Assembly (NCBI GenBank): GCA_035552495.1
Contig: DASZLH010000118.1
Location: 1 to 39,386, forward strand
Reading direction: 5' to 3'
Origin: Candidatus Kapaibacterium sp.
GTDB taxonomy: Bacteria; Bacteroidota; Ignavibacteria; Palsa-1295
DNA: 39,386 bases
Below the pieces are notes generated by a model. The model saw nothing but the letters and a program-made list of their open reading frames with translations, searched no databases and was not told the origin of the DNA. A program made the translations under genes and the position numbers. The stretch's first letter is position 1. Each line of letters starts with the position of its first letter. Below, one piece after another: positions 36,778 to 39,386 of this stretch.

Positions 36778-37451
36778 GCTTTCGGCACACATCCGTGCGC
36801 CGAATGTCTCCGCTATAGCCTTCCTGGAAGAGGGCCAGCGGGTTGCCGGGTGTATACGTTCGTGCGCGCGAAGCGAGTCCGCAATGGCGGGGGAAACAGG
36901 TTTCATCGTTCATTTCCCCTTCATTTTGGCTTTTTTAGCTCCGTTTAAGCTCTTTTTAGCCTAAGCGTACATTATCTTCTTGAGAATACCGTTGCCCAGT
37001 TCCGCCCAAGCGGGTTCACACTGCCAGACAGACACCGTGCGCGACCAATCGCTACCAGCGATCGATCGCTACGATGATTCAACCGAATCTACTCTCAAGA
37101 ACTTCGCTCGTCCAAAAAAATTACACCCTAACTTGAAAAAATCTATTGTTTATCTAAAAGAAACATTCAAACCATCTTCTACAGTTAAAAAATCGGGCTT
37201 TTGGGGAGGATAAATGTGGGCTGAAGAAGCAGACTCAGAAGCTCCCGTTAAAGGGGCTTAACCAAACTTTAGCCGAATATTCCTTTTTCACTACAAAGCG
37301 AAATTTACGGAATGAATCGACCTTCATATCAAAGAATAATTTGTGCGGAGCGTTCCCAGCCCGGCGGGCAGATCTCAAAGTTAATTTTTCGTCCTGCGCA
37401 ACGCTCGAAGATTGCAGCGCGTTAGAAGCCTCGTCTTTTATATTTCCTGTT

Positions 37452-39386
37452 TTGAAGAAAAAGGACCGCATCACTCCCATTAAGTTTTGTTTGCTCTGGC
37501 ATCAGCACCAGCCGTATTATCGCGCGGGGAGTCGATTTTTACTTCCGTGGGCGTGGCTGCACGCGACGAAAGATTATCTCGAAATGGCGCAGCACTTCGA
37601 GCGGCATCCGAACATGCGCGGGACGATCAATCTCGTGCCTTCGCTGCTAAAACAAATCGAAGAATATCTTGCGGGAGATGCGGACGATCCCGTGATTGCA
37701 CTCATGACAAAGCCAGCCGAACATCTCACGAAGGAAGACCGCGAGACGATGATTGGCAATTTCTTCATGGCGCATCCCGATACGCTCATTTTCCGCTCGA
37801 AGCGCTATCGCGAGTTGTACGATAAAGTCTTCGCGGATGGCCATGAACAACCTGACCGCGCCGCGCGGCTGAACGAAGGAGACTACCGCGATCTCGCCGT
37901 ACATTACTCGCTTGCGTGGACCGGAGAAATTGCACGCCGAACGGAGCCGTTCGTAACCCTCATTCAAAAAGATCGGGACTATACCGAGGAGGATAAGCAA
38001 ACACTCTGGAACGCCCAGCGTGCAAATGTCCGCAAAATTATCCCGCTACACCGCGCGCTCGCCGAGCGCGAACAGATCGAGCTGACGACAACGCCGTTCT
38101 ACCACCCCATTCTTCCGCTGCTCATCGATACACGCAGCGCCCGTGATGCGATGCCCGCCGTCAGTCTTCCGCTCCGCACGTTCGCTGCGCCGGAGGAAGC
38201 GGACCGTCAGCTTCGCAAAAGCCGGACCTATTTCGAAACCGAGATAGGCATGAAGCCGCGAGGGTTATGGCCTAGCGAAGGCAGCGTTTCGGCGGAGGCG
38301 CTCGCGCTCATTCGAAAAAATCATTTCCATTGGACGGCGACCGATGAGGGCGTCCTGATGAATTCACTGGGCACGCAGCCCCCCTTTAAAGGGGCTTGGC
38401 AAACGCCCGCTGTGAACGGAGTTTCGATCAAGCCGGAGCATAGTAAGTTTTTTCCGTGGAAGTTCGAGACCCCCGATGGCCCGATCTCTATCTTTTTTCG
38501 CGATCACCGGCTTTCGGATAACATCGGCTTTGTATATCAATCCTGGAACGCGGAAGATGCCGCGCGCGATTTCACCAATCATCTTCTGCATATCCGCACG
38601 GTGCTCCTCGAGCTGTATGGCGAAGAGACACTTGCCAACGCCTGTATCTCCGTGATTTTAGATGGCGAGAATTGCTGGGAGTATTATCCAAACAATGGAT
38701 TCGATTTTCTCGATAAACTCTATTCATCCCTGACGGATATTCCAGAAATTGCGCCGGTCACATTTTCCGAAGCACTTGGGTCAATCGGCGAAGAAAAGTT
38801 GCCGGTGCTGCCGAAACTCATAGCGGGTTCGTGGATCAATGCGAATTTCCGAATATGGATCGGACATCCGGAGGATAATGCGGCGTGGGACGCGGTCGCA
38901 GTAGCAAAAGTGGCTTTGGAGCGGGCGAGACAACGCGCCGCTCGCTTAAATGGAAATGCGCGGCGTGAGGCATTCGAAGCGATCGAGAAAGCCGAAGAAG
39001 AACTCATGATCGCCGAAGGCAGCGATTGGTGCTGGTGGTTTGGCGATGACCATTATAGCCCACAAAAAGCGACATTCGACGCGCTCTTTCGTCTCCATCT
39101 TCGCGCGATGTATGCCCAACTCGATCTTCGCGTGCCCGACGAACTTCTCATTCCGATTCCTTCGCGGCCCGACCTCTCAACATTATATCAACGGGCCACC
39201 GCTCGCAGTGCCGAACCACCTACGGTTGCCGGAAAACTGCTCAACGAATCGTGGTCGGAAATTCCGAATTGCGCTCCGGTAAAAAAATCGGGGTCGATGC
39301 ACCGCTCCGAGGATTTTAGGTTGCAGGAATTGCAGATCGCACACGTGCGAAAGGAAATTTTATTGCGCATGATCTTCGAGCCATCC
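37452..39386 (+). CDS. glycoside hydrolase family 57 protein (alpha-amylase / alpha-glucanotransferase-like); 3' end lies outside the window
   Basis: The frame is open to the window end, so it is absent from the ORF track. Hand translation gives ...KFCLLWHQHQPYYRAGSRFLLPWAWLHATKDYLEM... and later WPSEGSVSAEAL, both typical of GH57. The start is tentatively TTG 37452. Confidence 0.8.
   Translation, partial: MKKKDRITPIKFCLLWHQHQPYYRAGSRFLLPWAWLHATKDYLEMAQHFERHPNMRGTINLVPSLLKQIEEYLAGDADDPVIALMTKPAEHLTKEDRETMIGNFFMAHPDTLIFRSKRYRELYDKVFADGHEQPDRAARLNEGDYRDLAVHYSLAWTGEIARRTEPFVTLIQKDRDYTEEDKQTLWNAQRANVRKIIPLHRALAEREQIELTTTPFYHPILPLLIDTRSARDAMPAVSLPLRTFAAPEEADRQLRKSRTYFETEIGMKPRGLWPSEGSVSAEALALIRKNHFHWTATDEGVLMNSLGTQPPFKGAWQTPAVNGVSIKPEHSKFFPWKFETPDGPISIFFRDHRLSDNIGFVYQSWNAEDAARDFTNHLLHIRTVLLELYGEETLANACISVILDGENCWEYYPNNGFDFLDKLYSSLTDIPEIAPVTFSEALGSIGEEKLPVLPKLIAGSWINANFRIWIGHPEDNAAWDAVAVAKVALERARQRAARLNGNARREAFEAIEKAEEELMIAEGSDWCWWFGDDHYSPQKATFDALFRLHLRAMYAQLDLRVPDELLIPIPSRPDLSTLYQRATARSAEPPTVAGKLLNESWSEIPNCAPVKKSGSMHRSEDFRLQELQIAHVRKEILLRMIFEPS

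Noticed and set aside
36711-36788. GTG start at 36788 for the ECF sigma factor
   Set aside because: It would require translating three tandem palindromic DNA repeats. ATG 36710 is preferred, but this is not proven.

Overview
This 39.4 kb window holds about 30 tightly packed protein genes, mostly on the minus strand, plus two tRNAs. The content is housekeeping and cell-envelope. It includes a CN-hydrolase and a solitary beta-class DNA methyltransferase, outer-membrane-like proteins, rdgB, radA and a 1047-aa vWA protein with a T9SS-type C-terminal sorting domain. There is a three-gene polysaccharide block (GT4 glycosyltransferase, polyprenyl glycosylphosphotransferase, gmhB-like phosphatase) and a redox string (trxB, queG, Rieske protein, MBL hydrolase, four-helix-bundle protein, ferredoxin). 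The rest comprises tRNA-Ile(GAU) and tRNA-Ala(UGC), two OmpA/porin-like genes, a 1470-aa NtrY-like histidine kinase, eno, a PGM/PMM-family mutase, a LiaF-like protein, an ECF sigma/anti-sigma module with a downstream OMP-like gene, and a partial GH57 glycoside hydrolase. The T9SS sorting domain and GH57 suggest an FCB-group bacterium (Bacteroidota/Ignavibacteriota/Chlorobiota-like); this is inference only. I saw no transposase, integrase, phage gene, CRISPR array, toxin-antitoxin pair or recognised defence operon, and I could not identify a convincing new multi-gene protein system. The unusual signals are at the DNA level. (1) A family of long inverted repeats has arms made of tandem heptamers; two pairs bracket whole genes and two form hairpins just upstream of the tRNAs. 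(2) The palindrome CGATCG is strongly over-represented across the whole window. (3) An in-frame TAG separates a signal-peptide ORF from an OMP-like ORF. (4) Three 19-nt-spaced ACCC-N4-GGGT palindromes lie upstream of the ECF sigma gene. (5) There are several REP/MITE-like hairpin families. Most gene starts were checked by hand against the sequence; several longest-ORF starts are GTG/TTG and remain uncertain.
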